Source: Scyliorhinus canicula (Eukaryota). From it: a stretch of DNA of 64,000 nt. The stretch lies in NCBI RefSeq assembly GCF_902713615.1, contig NC_052162.1, positions 115,252,742-115,316,741 on the forward strand. Reading direction: 5' to 3'. The translations under genes were made by a program, and so were the position numbers. The notes beneath the pieces were generated by a model. That model worked only from the letters and a program-made list of their open reading frames with translations, was not told where the DNA came from and ran no database searches. Below, one piece after another: positions 1 to 12,904 of the stretch; positions within the stretch are counted from its first letter, which is position 1, and each line of letters begins with the position of its first letter.

Positions 1-295
1 GAGTAGGCCACTCGGCCCCTCGAGCCTGCTCCAGCATTCAACATGTTCACGGCTGATCTGATTAGAACGTCAACTCAAAATTCCCACTGACCCCCCCGCA
101 ATAACTTTTCACCCCCTTGCTTATCAGGAATCTTTCCAGCTCTGCCTTCGAAATATTCACAGACTCTGCTTCCACTGCCCTTTGAGGAAGAGAGTTCCAA
201 AGCGTCACGACCCTCAGAGAGAAAAATCTCTCCTCTGCCTTAAATGTGCAAGTTATTACTTTTAAAGTGACTCCAATTTCTAGATTCTCCCACAA
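1..295 (-). mobile_element. CR1-type LINE 3' fragment
   Basis: ORF 62..295 carries the CR1 ORF2 C-terminal motif FFSLRVVTLWNSLPQRAVEA; typical CR1 3' tail at 1-60. Confidence 0.85.
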
Positions 296-1592
296 TCTTT
301 GATGTTTTTCCGATCAGTTCCCTTTGGATTATCTGACGTATCTTTGAGCTCTTTGTGCTTCTCAATTGGAGTCAACTTCTTCAAGATGTCTTCATTTTCT
401 TGTTGGCTGTTCACAATCGGTGAGCTCTCAACTGATTTGTTCAGTGTTGCGCTCTCATTGTCAGCCTCTGTACAGTCCAGCTGAGAACTGTCAGTCTCAC
501 CGTTGTCCTGCACACATTGTACCCTACCTGTGATCACTTCGTCATTAGTTGCAAATAAAGTTTTTTTTTGTTTTTTATTGTGATAAACATTTTATTTTCT
601 ATGTGATTCTTTGCCCCAATATTTCCAAGGTGGCGTCCAATGGACATCCATCAGAGAACAGATTGAATCAACAGGTTCATTGTCGAAGGAGCCACTCTGG
701 CTACACAGCCAGCAGACTCCTGTTGTACACAATGTTCTGAGTGACATCAATAAATATCTTTTTGTCAACCCAACTACAATTATTGTTTCCTCATATCTGT
801 AGAGATTAACCATATCAATTATTATATCAACCATATCTTATTGCAACATTCAGACCACTGGAAGTTTATTAACTGTCCCACCTCTGTAGAGAATCTTTCA
901 CAATCAGTGGGACTTTCAGACTCATAGTTGGAAGGACGGAGCTCAGAAATTCCAATTAGGTCATCTTCAGGTTCTGGGCCATTCAATGGTGAGCTGCCCA
1001 AAGTAGGAAATCAACGAAGCTTTTGGGATTCCAAAGACATTGGTGAAAGATCTTTCAAAAATTGTGTTTCCAGCAAAAACAATTTATCTGCATATATTTC
1101 CTCATTCATATAATCCATTTTGCCATAAAGGTCTGGCTTATTTTGGTCTTTACCACAGTTACTATGGAAAAGAGAAGCTCCCATATGCTCAGTTAAATCC
1201 CTTCCTTCACCTTCACCATACACTGTGGTGACCAAACGTTTGCGCAATTGCTCCAATCTACTGCGCAAATGCTGCATGTCCAAATGGGACTCATCCAGTT
1301 GATCAACCAGTTGCAAATAAAGTTGATAGACCTTCATAGTCTTCCTCTTCTGGCTCATCATCTGTTTCATCACTGTCCTCATTGAATGACTGCGGCATCA
1401 TATCTCGGAGCCAGTTACAATGATCTGTGCTGTACTGTTCTATGTTCTATGATCCTCTGTCTTCACGCTGTCTGGAACGTACAGTCGCTCAACGAGGTTC
1501 AGGGCTTCACACACTTTCGGTCCCAATATGGACTCTCGCTTTGTGTACACAATGACGAATTGCACAATGTGACTTTGATTATGCACCCATGC
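296..1592 (-). mobile_element. Gypsy-like LTR retroelement remnant (protease C-terminal half plus acidic low-complexity region), 3' part
   Basis: Minus-strand translation AWVHNQSHIVQFVIVYTKRESILGPKVCEALNLVERLY resembles a retropepsin C-terminus (ILG motif); continues on the far side of the L1 at 7612. Confidence 0.55.
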
Positions 1593-1809
1593 GGACTTCC
1601 GGTTGCGGTGATGCAGAGCTAAGCCGCACGTTCGGTAGTTCCCGCTATTTTTGGTCTCTTTTAAGGGCCCGTAGCGGTACCGATTGGACTTTTCCCCGGG
1701 TGGGAACACATCCAATGTGCTTATCTGCCGGTGGATGGACTGGACCAGGAGCGGAGCGGTCAAAAAGTTGGCTTTGGAGCAGAGAAAGGTGCGAGGCAGG
1801 AAAAACAAG

Positions 1810-2579
1810 ATGGCGGCGGGCGGGGAACTGGCAGCATGGCAGCAGTGGGCACGGGAGCAGCAGGAGCTCCTTTAGTGCAGCTTCAGAGAGATGAAGGCTG
1901 AGATCCTGGAACGGTTTAAGGCCTCGCTGGACAAGCTCATGGCGACTCAGATGGCTCAGGGTGCAGAGATCCAAGAGCTGCGGCAAAAGACCTCGGAGAG
2001 CGAGGATGAACTCCTGGCATGGCAGTGAAGGTGGAGTCGCACAAGGCGCTCCACAAGAAGTGGCTGGCGAGGATGGAGGAGATGGAGAACCGCTCCCGTT
2101 GGAAGAACCTGCGGATTCTGGGTATCTCGGAGGGGCTGGAAGGTTCGGATTTGGGGGCCTACGTGGCTGTGGTGCTGAACTCGTTAATGGGCGCGGGGTC
2201 GTTCCAGGGACCCTTGGAGCTGGAGGGTGCCCATCGAGTGGTGTTGAGGAAGCCCAGGCCGAACAAGCAGCCTAGGGCGGTGCTGGTCCATTTTCACCGC
2301 TTCATTGACCATGGGTGTGTGCTGAGCTGGGCGAAGAAGGAGAGGAGTAGCAAGTGGGAGAATGCGGACATCAGGATCTATCAGGACTGGAACGCAGAGG
2401 TGGCGAAGAGAAGGGCTGGTTTCAGTCGGGTGAAGGGAGTGCTTCACAGGAAGGGGGTGAAGTTTGGCCTGCTACAGCCGGCCCGCCTCTGGGTCACTCA
2501 TAAGGATCGCCAGCTCTACATCGATTCTCCGGAGGAGGCCTGGGCCTTTGTCCAGGCGGAGAAGTTGGACTCGAACTGA
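1810..2579 (+). pseudogene. L1 ORF1 (transposase-22-like RNA-binding protein), frameshifted
   Basis: EMENRSRWKNLRILGISEGLEG...LEGAHRV...PRAVLVHFHRF...IRIYQD...LLQPARLWVT. Confidence 0.9.
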
Positions 2580-2616
2580 GGACTGGGGAATGATGTACAT
2601 AGTCCGGAGGCTTTGT

Positions 2617-2787
2617 AATGAAATGACAACCACTTATTGTCACGAGTAGGCTTCAATGAAGTTACTGTGAAAAGCCCCTAGTTGCCACATTCCGGCGCCT
2701 GTCCTGGGAGGATGGTACGGGAATCGAACTGTGCTGCTGGCCTGCTTTAAAAGCCAGCGATTTAGCCCAGTGAGCTAAACCAGCCCC
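2617..2787 (-). mobile_element. tRNA-derived SINE (family 2) inserted in the L1 inter-ORF spacer
   Basis: Reverse complement starts ggggctggtttagctca, has a ggttcgattcc B-box and a gcttttcacagtaacttcattgaagcctac tail; same family at 3804, 9391, 13388, 16431, 17245, 42783. Confidence 0.85.
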
Positions 2788-3064
2788 TTGGTATCCTTTT
2801 GCTTTTATTGGTTGTGTTCGATGATGCCTTTTTGCTTTTCTGCTTTTTGGGGCTGTTATTTATTTATTTGGGCGCTTTTTCGTTTTTTCACTGGTGGAGG
2901 GTTGGGGAGCTGTTCGCGGTCCCGCTGGGTCATGTGCCCGTCTTTTTCCCAAGTGTTGCGTCGGTGGGGCGGGGTTTGGGATGGAAGCGCGGGTTTTCTT
3001 CCCGTGCTGGAGGAGCTGTGGGCGGGACCGGCACTTGGAGGAGGGAATGGTGGTTGTGTTGCAT

Positions 3065-3099
<35 letters not shown>

Positions 3100-3364
3100 G
3101 TTGGGATGGTGGGGGCAGCCGGGGTCAGCAGGAGTCGGCTGACTTACGGAAGTATGATAGAAGGGGTTACGCAGCTAGGGGGGCCCTAGCTTTGGGGGGT
3201 GGGGGGCTTTGGGGGGTGCGAAATGGGGGGGGGGGGGTACCGGGTTGCTGCTGCAGGGGCCGAAGGGGAACTGCTGGTGATGGGGGAGGTTGGGAGGGGG
3301 GTCTGCCGCCGTGGGGAACGGGCCTGGGGGGTTCAGCGGGCACATGGTGAGCCGTGGGAGAGCT

Positions 3365-6300
3365 ATGGCTGACCGGCGCAGAGGGAGGGGAAAGACCCCC
3401 CAGATTCGGCTGGTCACATGGAACGTGAGGGGGCTGAATGGACCGGTGAAGCGGTCCCGGGTCTTGGCGCATTTGAAGGGGCTGGGAATGGACGTAGCTA
3501 TGCTCCAGGAGACGCACCCTAAGGTGGCGGATCAGGTGAGGCTGAGAAGAGGGGTTGGGCAGGTGTTTCACTCGGGGCTAGATGCGAAGAATCGAGGGGT
3601 GGCGATTTTAGTTGGCTAGAGCTTGTCATTCGTGGCGTCGTGTGTGGTGGTGGACAGTGGAGGTAGATACATAATGGTGAGTGGTAGGCTTCAAGGGGAG
3701 CGGGTGGTTCTGGTTAATGTGTACGCCCCCAACTGGGATGATGCGGGCTTCATGTGGCGAATGTTGAGCCGGATCCCGGACCTGGAAACGGGGGGGCTTG
3801 ATCTGAAATGAAATTAAATGAAATGAAAATGAAATGAAAATCGCTTATTGTCACGAGTAGGCTTCAATGAAGTTACTGTGAAAAGCCCCTAGTCGCCACA
3901 TTCTGGCGCCTGTCCGGGATGGCTGGTATGGGAATCGAACCGTCCTGCTTGGTCTGCTTGAAAAGCCAGTGATTTAGCTCAGTGAGCTAAACCAGCCCCT
4001 TGGGGGTCATCTTGGGAGGGGAATTCAATACTGTGTTGGATCCAGCTCTGGATCGTTCGAAGTCAAGGACGGGCAAGATGTTGGCGGCGGCCTCAGTGCT
4101 GAGGGGGTTCATGGATCAGATGGGAGGGGTAGACCCTTGGAGGTTTTTGAGGCCGGGAGGTAGGGAGTTCTCCTTTTTCTCACATGTCCACAAGGCTTAT
4201 TCCCGGATTGATTTTTTTGTACTCAGCAGGGCGCTTATCCCGAGAGTGGTGGGGGCGGAGTATTCGGTGGACCTGGAGCTGGGGAAGGGGAAGGATCAGC
4301 GCCCGCTGTGGAGGTTAGACGTGGGGCTTCTGGCAGAGGAGGAAGTATGTGGGCGGGTCCATAGGGGTATAGAGGGGTATTTGGAAGCTAATGATAATGG
4401 GGAGGTGCAAGTTGGGGTGGTCTGGGAAGTGCTGAAGGCAGTGGTTAGAGGGGAGCTGATATCTATTCGGGCGCACAGGGAGAGGGGGGAGAGGGTTGAG
4501 AGGGAGAAGTTGGTGGAAGAAATGGTAAGGGTGGACAGGAGGTATGCGGATGTCCCGGAAGAGAGGCTTTTGAGGAAACGTTGCAGTCTCCAAATGGAGT
4601 TCGATATACTGACCACCCGGAAGGCGGAGGCGCAGTGGAGGAGGGCGCAGGGGGCGGTATATGAGTACGGGGAGAAGGCAAGCCGGATGCTGGCCCACCA
4701 GCTCCGGAAGCGGGAGGCAGCGAGAGAGATAGGGGGAGTCACAGATGCAGGAGGGAACCTGGTGCGGAGTGGCAGGGACATTAATGGGGTGTTCAGATCC
4801 TTTTACGAGGGGCTGTACCGGGCGGTGCCCTCTAGGGAGGTGGGCGGGATGGAGCCCTTCCTGGATAAGCTGGAGTTCCCAAGAGTGGAGCATGAGCGGG
4901 TGCAGGGTCTGGGGGCCCCAATCGAGTTGGAGGAGCTGATGGAGGCGCTGGGGAGCATGCAGTCAGGGAAAGCACCGAGACCTGACGGGTTCCCGGTGGA
5001 GTTTTATAAGACGTTATCAGATCTGCTGGGCCTGCTGCTTGTGAGGACCCTGAATGAGGCGAGGGAAGGGGGGGGGGGGGGGGGGGCATTGCCCCTGACA
5101 ATGTCTAGAGCAATAATCTCACTGATCCTGAAGCGGGATAAGGACCCCCCTCCAGTGTGGGTCTTACAGGCCTATTTCGCTTCTCAACATGGACGCAAAG
5201 TTGTTGGCTAAGATATTGTCCAGGAGGGTGAACGATGTGGTCCCGATGGTTCTCCATGAGGACCAAACGGGGTTTGTGAAGGGGAGGCAGCTGAATGTTA
5301 ATGTGCGGCGGCTTCTTAATGTCATGATGATGTCGTCGGTGGATGGGGAGGCGGAAATAGTAGCATCGATGGATGCGGAGAAAGCTTTTGACAGGGTGGA
5401 GTGCAACTACCTGTGGGAAGTGTTGAGGAGGTTTGGGTTTGGTGAGGGTTCATTAGCTGGGTGAGGCTGCTGTATAGTTCCCCGGTAGCGAGTGTGGTGA
5501 CGAATGGGAGGAGGTTGGAGGACTTTCGGCTGTCCCGGGGGATGAGGCAGGGGTGCCCCTTGTCTCCCCTGCTCTTCGCGTTAGCGATTGAGCCCTTGGC
5601 CATGGCGCTGAGGGATTCGAAGAATTGGAAGGGGATTGTGCAGGGGGAGGAGCAGCACCGGTTGTCGCTGTACGCAGATGATTTACTGTTGTACATCGCG
5701 GATCCGGCGGGGGGGTGGGGGGATGCCAGAGGTGTTGAGGATACTTGGGGAGTTCGGGGATTTTTCGGGCTATAAGCTCAACGTGGGGAAGAGTGAGCTG
5801 TTTGTGCTGCATCTGGGGGACCAGGAGAGGGAGATAGGGGAGCTCCCATTGAACAGGGCGGAGAGGAACTTTAGGTATCTTGGGGTCCAGATAGCTAGGA
5901 GCTGGGGGGCCCTGCATAGGCTAAACTTTTCGAGGCTGGTGGAACAGATGGAGGAGGAGTTTAGGAGGTGGGATGCGCTGCCACTCTCTTTGGCGGGTAG
6001 GGTCCAGTCAGTTAAGATGACGGTGCTCCCGAGGTTTTCGTTTCTCTTCCAGTGCCTCCCCATATTGATTCTGAAGGCTTTTTTAGGAGGGTTAATAAGA
6101 GTATTCTGGGGTTCGTGTGGGCGCAGAAGTCCCCGAGAGTGACGAGGGTATTCCTGGAGCAAAGCAGGGAGGTAGGAGGTTTGGCGTTGCCCAACTTGTG
6201 TGGGTATTACTGGGCTGCGAACGTGGCAATGATTCGCAGGTGGGTGATGGAGGGGGAGGGTGCTGCATGGAAGAGGTTGGAGGTGGCGTCCTGTGTGGGT

Positions 6301-7353
6301 ACGAGTTTGGAGGCATTGGTGACGGCCCCACTCCCACTCCCCCCGGCAAGGTACTCTACAAATCCAGTAGTGGTAGCTTCCCTCAAAGTTTGGGAGCAGT
6401 GGAGGCGGCATAAGGGGGAAGTGAAGGCCTCAGTGTGGGCCCCGATACGGGGCAATCAACGGTTTGCACCAGGGAGAATAGATGGTGGGTTTGGGAGTTG
6501 GCATAGGGCAGTCATCAGGCGGATGGGGGACCTTTTCCTCGACGGGAAGTTTGCGACTTTAGAGGAGTTGGAGGGGAAGTGGGGTCTCCCCCCGGGACTG
6601 CTTTCAGGTATATGCAGATCAGGGCGTTTGTTAAGCGGCAGGTGGCAGAGTTCCCGCGGCTACCGCCTAGGGGGTTGCAGGATAGGGTGCTCTCGGGGAC
6701 GTGGGTCGGTGAGGGTAGGATCTCGGCAATTTATCAGGTGATGCAGGAGGAGGAGGCCTCGGTGGAAGAGCTGAAAGCGAAGTGGGAGGAGGAGCTAGGG
6801 GAGGAGATAGACGAGGGGACGTGGGCAGACGCCCTGGGGAGGGTGAACTCGTCATCTTCTTGCGCACGGCTCAGCTAAATTCAGCTGAAGGTGCTGCACA
6901 GGGCGCACATGACTGGGGCCAGGCTGAGCCGGTACTTTGGGGGCGAGGACAGGTGTGGGAGGTGTTCGGGAGGCCCGGTGAACCACACCCACATGTTCTG
7001 GGCGTGTCTGGCGTTGGAGGGGTTCTGGAAGGGGGTGGCGGGAACCTCGTCCAAGGTGGTCGGTTCCAGGGTGGAACCGGGCTGGGGGCTCACGATCTTT
7101 GGGGGTAGCATCAGAGCCGGGAGTGCAGGAGGCGAGAGAGGCCGGTACCCTGGCCTTTGCGTCTCTAGTAGCCTGGCGTAGGATTCTTCTACAGTGGAGG
7201 GACACGAAGCCCCCGAGCCCGGAGGACTAGATTAACGACATGGCCGGGTTCACCAGGCTGGAGAAGGTCAAGTTTGTCCTGAGGGGGTCGGTACAAGGGT
7301 TCTTCCAGCGGTGGCAGCCCTTTCTCGATCTCGATTTTCTGGCGGAGGGTTAG
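3365..7353 (+). pseudogene. L1 ORF2 (APE endonuclease + reverse transcriptase), frameshifted and SINE-interrupted
   Basis: TWNVRGLN, LQETH, NVYAPN, SRIDFF, DAEKAFDRV, RQGCPLSPLLF, YADD motifs spread across ORFs 3290..7181. Confidence 0.95.
3804..3999 (-). mobile_element. tRNA-derived SINE (family 2) inserted in the L1 endonuclease
   Basis: Same consensus as 2617-2787 with (tgaaa)n tail. Confidence 0.85.
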
Positions 7354-7611
7354 AGGGTTGTCAATCTCAGCAGCAGCAAACCGGCCGGGGGGGGGGGGGG
7401 GGGGGGTGGTAAGGAGGGGTGGGTTAAGGGTATGTTAAGGGGGTTTGTTTTTGCGACTGTTTGCTACTTCTTTGTTGTATTGATATTATTTTATTGCTTT
7501 GTATTGGGGGGGGGGGGTCCTTTTTTCTGGTTATTTTTATACCTTGTTTATTTTATTGTTGGGAGAAAATTTGTTGTTGCAAAATTTGAATAAAAATTAT
7601 TTTTTAAGAAA

Positions 7612-8130
7612 GATTCTGCACCCATGCTTCGAGGTCACATACCCCTCGCATTTCAATCTCATTCTGCGCATAGCCAATCAGCCGTTTCAGTCGAACAAAA
7701 ACTGTCGGTTGAACTCTCAGTGGTTCAAATCGGAGAGGCTGAGGAGATTGGCACTCGTTCCCGTGACGAGTTTGCAGTTGATTCATGTGGCATTCAGCAT
7801 CACTGGAATTGTCCATTTAGCTTCAATGATATCAGCATCACCATCTGTCAGGTTACTGTCATTCGATGTTGCACCGGTATGCAATTCCATCAATTTATTG
7901 GTTCCATCTATCTTTAGGGGAATTGTATTTATTTTGTCAATTGTGTTACTATTGGGGAGAAAGTGCAAACTCCACACAGACAGTCACCTGAGGCTGGAAT
8001 TGAACCCAGGACCCTGAAGCTGTGAGGCAGCAGTGCTACCCGCTGTGCAATCCACTGTTGAAGTCGGCAACCACAAAGAGTTAGTTGAAGCTAACTCTGC
8101 AATATCCACGAAAGCCTTTGTAGATTTATG
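7612..8130 (-). mobile_element. Gypsy-like remnant, protease N-terminal half (with SINE fragment ~7955-8050)
   Basis: Minus-strand WTIPVMLNAT*INCKLVTGTSANLL (degenerate LDTG) ... LIGYAQNEIEMRGVCDLEAWV joins the 296-1592 segment across the L1 TSD. Confidence 0.65.
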
Positions 8131-8371
8131 GAGACGGAGCTGTGCTGAGCAGTCACATATCAGGTGCCTCTCCTCCAACAAACCCGAAAATAGGCTCTCT
8201 TACTCAAAATAGCCTGCTAAAATCTCCCCTCACCCTAACAAACAATAGTACTGTTGGAGTGAATTTTTGGACTTGGGGGTGCACGCCGGGATTCTTGACT
8301 ATTGTACGAACACTGAATTCTGCTAAACACAAACTTTGGGGAAAATAAGTGGCCCCTGACCAGGTGCATCC

Positions 8372-8799
8372 TGTGTATGTAACTGACCAATTGCTCCACA
8401 ACCACAGGAGCGGGTGACCAAACTGTCAAAATAGCCGCAAAAGAGGAAGAGGCCCTCTTTGTGCATCACTAACTGAGACACCATAACCAATATATAATCA
8501 CGATTGTAAAGAGCTGATTGGAACAATGTAACCTAATGTGTGAGGAATTGATTGGAGAAATGTGATCTCAATGTGTTAATAAAGGAATCGATTGGCTCCA
8601 TGTAAATGAGTACACAAACTAATCCGCTTTTTGAAACTATGTTAAACCAGTGTAAGCCCTGGCTTGAACCAGAAGATGTTTCCACAGACCACAGAGTCTG
8701 GGACTCTTCTCCCAGAGCTCTGTAACAAGCTGGAATGCCGCCTGAGCCAGTGAACTGGGCAAGTAGTCAAAGTTCTGACAGCCAGAAATTAGAGTGATT
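8372..8799 (+). repeat. Candidate 5' LTR of ERV-1
   Basis: TG start, three ATTGG (reverse CCAAT) boxes ~8516-8595, AATAAA 8578-8583, directly upstream of a PBS-like sequence; no second copy in the window and the 3' end is not a clean CA. Confidence 0.5.
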
Positions 8800-8817
8800 T
8801 GGCGAGGCGGCCGGACG
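8800..8817 (+). promoter_or_regulatory. Putative primer-binding site (tRNA-Arg-like, degenerate)
   Basis: tggcgaggcggccggacg resembles the TGGCGAGCCAGCCAGGAG PBS type. Confidence 0.4.
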
Positions 8818-9390
8818 GTGAAGTGATATTCAGTGGATCAGGCAGTCAGACCGAGTGAGTAAGAGACACAATTTCAAATTTGTCCATCTTGCTATTAAAC
8901 GCATTGTGATCGGAAGCTGCTCGAGGACCCACACTGAGCCTGAATTAAGAGTGCGATCGAGCCCTGCGTGACGGCCAGAGTTAGTTGGGACTCTGAGACG
9001 CATAGAGTGCAATGTGTCAACAGTCGAGGTGCAATCACCATAACGACATCATTACAAGTCAGGACCTCCACCAGAGGTGGATGAGTGGGAAGACCTCTGA
9101 GAACGAGTCGCCTGAGCGGAACCAGATTCATGGTGAGCAGGTGATATGAGTTAACAAGTCATGGAAGCGAGTGGTAGAGGACCACCGACCTGGGGCCTCC
9201 CCGGGGTCCCTGAGTCCCTGAAATGCACGCAAAGAGTTAGTAAAGAAAATGCGTAAAGAAGGTTGGGATCGCAGTGTCCCTCACAGCGCAGAGACAGTGG
9301 TGGGATGGCCAAAAACGGGACACGACCAAAAAGGCCGGGATCATCCTGGTCCATCAACTAGTGGAACTCAGAAACCCACCACCCTGAGTA

Positions 9391-9555
9391 AGCTGGTTTA
9401 GCTCACTCAGCTAAATCGCTGGCTTTTAAAGCAGGCCAGCAGCACGTTTGGATTCCCGTACCAGCCTCCCCGGACAGGCACCGGAATGTGGCGACTAGGG
9501 GCTTTTCACAGTAACTTCATTGAAGCCTACTCGTGACAAGCGATTTTCATTTTTT
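9391..9555 (+). mobile_element. tRNA-derived SINE (family 2) in ERV-1 gag
   Basis: gctggtttagctcactcagctaaatcgctgg...gcttttcacagtaacttcattgaagcctactcgtgac. Confidence 0.85.
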
Positions 9556-9661
9556 ACTTTTCAATGCCTCCGCCCCACCAAAATAGGATGGGGAAGAGGA
9601 AACAGGAGTCCCCTGTGCACCCTTTCAGCGGTATGCTAATGCCACAAATGATATATACAAG

Positions 9662-10403
9662 GGGCAGGATTCTCCGACCTCCCCCACCCGGCCGGGCTGG
9701 AGAATCGCCGGGGGGCAGCGTGAATCCCGCCCCGCTGGCTGCTGAATTCTCCGGAGCCGGGGATTTGGCGGGGGCAGGAATCAGGACGCGCCGGTCAGTG
9801 GCCACCCCCCCCCCCCCCCCCCCCCCGGCGATTCTCCAGCCCACGATGGGCCGAGTGGCCGCCCGTTTACGGCCGGTCCTGCCAGCGTATATTACACCAG
9901 GTACTTACCGGCGAGACCTGGCTCCGCGGGCAGCCTCCGGGGGGAGGGGGGGGGGGGGTCTGGCCCCGGGAGGTGCCCCCATGATGGCCTGGCCCCGGGA
10001 GGTGCCCCCATGATGGCCTGGCCCGCGATCGGGGCCCACCGTTCCACGGGCGGGCCTGTGCCGTGGGGGCACTCTGTTCTTCCGCGTCGGCCGCTGTGGA
10101 TCTCCGCGATGGCCAACGCGGAGATGAATGCCCCCTGCGCATGCACTGGAATGACACCAGCACATGCTGGCGCTCCCATGCATGCGCTAACTTGCGCCGG
10201 CCGGCGGAGACCCTTCGGCACCGGTTGGCGTGGTGCCAAGCCCTTTCCCCGCCGGCCGGCGAGGCGCAAACCACTCCGGTGCCAGCCTAGCCCCTGAAGG
10301 TGTGGAGGATTCGCACCTTTGGGGCGGCCCGACGCCGGAGTCATTCACGCCACTCCTCGGCGCCGGAGTTGTCCGCCCCGCCGATTCTTGCTGAATCCCG
10401 CCC
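9662..10403. mobile_element. GC-rich MITE-like non-autonomous DNA transposon (possibly PIF/Harbinger-derived)
   Basis: Terminal inverted repeats gggcaggattc / gaatcccgccc, very high GC, no coding motifs, 29-bp internal tandem duplication at 9961-10018. Confidence 0.7.
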
Positions 10404-12183
10404 AAAGCCTCACTCTGCTTGAGAAGCAGGCTATTTTGAAGGGTTTAGGAACCCTTGCCACTTACAAAAGAATGTGGATTGGGGGGTTCAAGGACCCGAG
10501 CCTATAAGAGCAAAACAGTTACATTAGACAAAGCCGACCGACTTATACCAGTCAGGATTTTTGTACGCCCTAATAATGAGGTCCTGGGAATGGACCTACT
10601 AAAAGAACCGAATATACTGATAGACACAGCGAACCAGAAGGTTCACTGGCCACGAGATGACAGTCCAAGGACCGATTCAACCAACATTGCTACCACATGG
10701 CCAAAGTGAGGAGATCGGGCTGAGGAGACGGGGCCTTTCGGCACTGTGTGTAGATTGATGCATGGGGTATGGGCCAAAACAAAACAGGAGATGGGGGAGG
10801 TCCCTGTAGAACCCATCATCCTCCAAGGACCTGGTCATAAACCACATAAGCAATTTCCCATGAAGCCCAGGCATAACAGGCAGTACAAGAAATTGTTTGG
10901 GATTTAGAAGAGAAGGGAATAATTAGGCTGACCGAGAGTACTACGAATTCACCAGTATGGCCAGTAATTAAACCTGATAAAGCATTCCGTCTGACCATCG
11001 ATTACACAGAATTGAAAAAGGTGACTCCTAAATTACACCCCATAGTCTCGAGCTCAGCTACTATTTTGAACCCAGAACACAAGATATTCACAGTTTTAGA
11101 TATAGCTAATGGATTCTGGTCCGTACCATTGGATCCAGAGTCCCAGAATAAATTTGCCTTCATGTAGGGGATAAACAATACACATGGACGAGGCTGCCAC
11201 AGGGATTCCACAACAGCCCAGCCATATTCCACCATGTTGTGAACTCCCAGCTGGAAAGGGTGGACTTAAGCCTGTATCGCAGCACAATTCTGCAGTGTGT
11301 AGATGATCTGCTGATCGCTGAACCCGGACACGCCGCAGCATTGACGGAAGTCCTACAGGCATTAGCAACAGGAGGACTTAAGGTAAACCCCAAAAAGGCT
11401 CAGATAGGACGCAAGACCGTCATTTATCTGGGGCAACAGATATCCCAGGGAACCCGAACCATGCCCCAGGAAGCCGAGCGGCAATCCAGAAGATATCTCT
11501 GTCCGCGGAGTTCGGAAGGTTTTAGGGCTGTTTAATTATAGTCAGAATTTTATCCCTAACTTTGTGGCCATAATGGAGCCTTTTCAAAGACTGGTAAAAG
11601 GGGGAAATCCTGGCACCCAGTCCATAGACTGGGGACCGGAAGAGGAAGAAGCAGACGGGAAGTTAAAACAAGCATTGACTTCAGCCCCCGGCCTTGGTCT
11701 ACCAGACCCCAGAAAGCCGATCCACAGACATTGCAGGAACGAAGGTGAGTTCTGTGCCGCAGTAGTGACCCAAGTCCACGGGGACAGGCGAAGACCAGTG
11801 GCATATTACTCAACAAGATAGTCGCCCGGAGTGGCGGGCTTGTCTCGCTGCGTGGCAGCTCTGGACTGCGCAGCATTGGGCGGTCAGGGTCAGCGAACCT
11901 ACAGTAATGACCGGAGATATCATCTTACACACCCGGCATCCCATTGTAGAAATGTTGAACAACAGTAAGCTCAGATCAGTCTCAAACCTACGACAGACCC
12001 ACTGGGAAACAGTCTTCATTCCTAAAGATAGATCAGTGATCATGATAAAGGCCACCGGGAAACCCTACAGAAGGAATCATATATACAGGAGAGTACTATA
12101 TATACTCGAGATAGATGAGGAGGTAGGCAAAACGATAGTAGAAGACCCTCGAGAAACCCCAGAACTCACCTGGATGTAGATGG

Positions 12184-12399
12184 TGATGCATGATCAATTG
12201 TACAAAGACTAAGGTTGGAAACAACTGTGGCTTTATTGCAGTAAGATGTGTGGCCTCCCACAGCAGCTGGCAAAATGGCTGCTGAGTAGAGGACATGCTC
12301 CTCCTACTGGGCGGAGCCAGCAGGCAGGGGCTCCTGGCGAACCTGTAGTACAGGTCCTACCTTCCATCACCGAATACAGGTGTAACAGTGTTTACCACA
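12184..12399 (-). mobile_element. Small solo LTR inserted in ERV-1 RNase H
   Basis: TG...CA ends, antisense AATAAA, 5-bp TSD gatgg (12179-12183)/gatga (12400-12404); removal restores VDGSRKYV. Confidence 0.75.
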
Positions 12400-12568
12400 G
12401 ATGAATCTAGAAAATATGTCAATGGTCCCCATGAACCAGATGGGCAGTGGTAGATGACAAATTAAGAACAGTCCCCTCGGGAAGGCTGGAAGGAGCACAG
12501 GTGTCAGCAGAGGTGGCTGAATTGGTGGCTTTCACTCAGCCAAGGGGAAGATGGTGAACATATACTAA

Positions 12569-12904
12569 GGGCCTCACGGTAGCATGGTGGTTAGCATCAA
12601 TGCTTCACAGCTCCAGGGTCCCAGGTTCGATTCCCGGCTGGGTCACTGTCTGTGTGGAGTCTGCACGTCCTCCCCGTGTGTGCGTGGGTTTCCTCCGGGT
12701 GCTCCGGTTTCCTCCCGCAGTCCAAAGATGTGCGGGTTAGGTGGATTGGCCATGATAAATTGCCCGTAGTGTAAGGTTAATGGGGGGATTGTTGGGTTAC
12801 GGGTATACGGGTTACGTGGGTTTAAGTAGGGTGATCATTGCTCGGCACAACATCGAGGGCCGAAGGGCCTGTTCTGTGCTGTACTGTTCTATGTTCTATG
12901 TTCT
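12569..12904 (+). mobile_element. HE1-type V-SINE
   Basis: tRNA-like head, V-domain gtgggtttcctccgggtgctccggtttcctccc, CR1-like (gttctat)n tail. Confidence 0.9.

Larger units (their letters stand above)
1593..7611 (+). mobile_element. Full-length L1-clade LINE (decayed), flanked by a 16-bp TSD
   Basis: 5' GGACTTCCGG start, ORF1, ORF2 (EN-RT-C-terminal Cys region), AATAAA/A-rich tail; TSD gattatgcacccatgc 1577-1592 vs gattctgcacccatgc 7612-7627. Confidence 0.95.

Noticed and set aside
1011-1382. 123-aa coiled-coil-like ORF as a host gene exon
   Set aside because: It lies within the Gypsy-like remnant, has no recognisable domain or splice context, and neighbouring frames are broken.
2788-7205. 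Numerous antisense Pro/Ser-rich ORFs over the L1
   Set aside because: A consequence of the G-rich sense strand; not independent genes.
9554-10405. Many overlapping Gly/Pro/Ala-rich ORFs
   Set aside because: Artefact of the GC-rich MITE; no transposase motifs.
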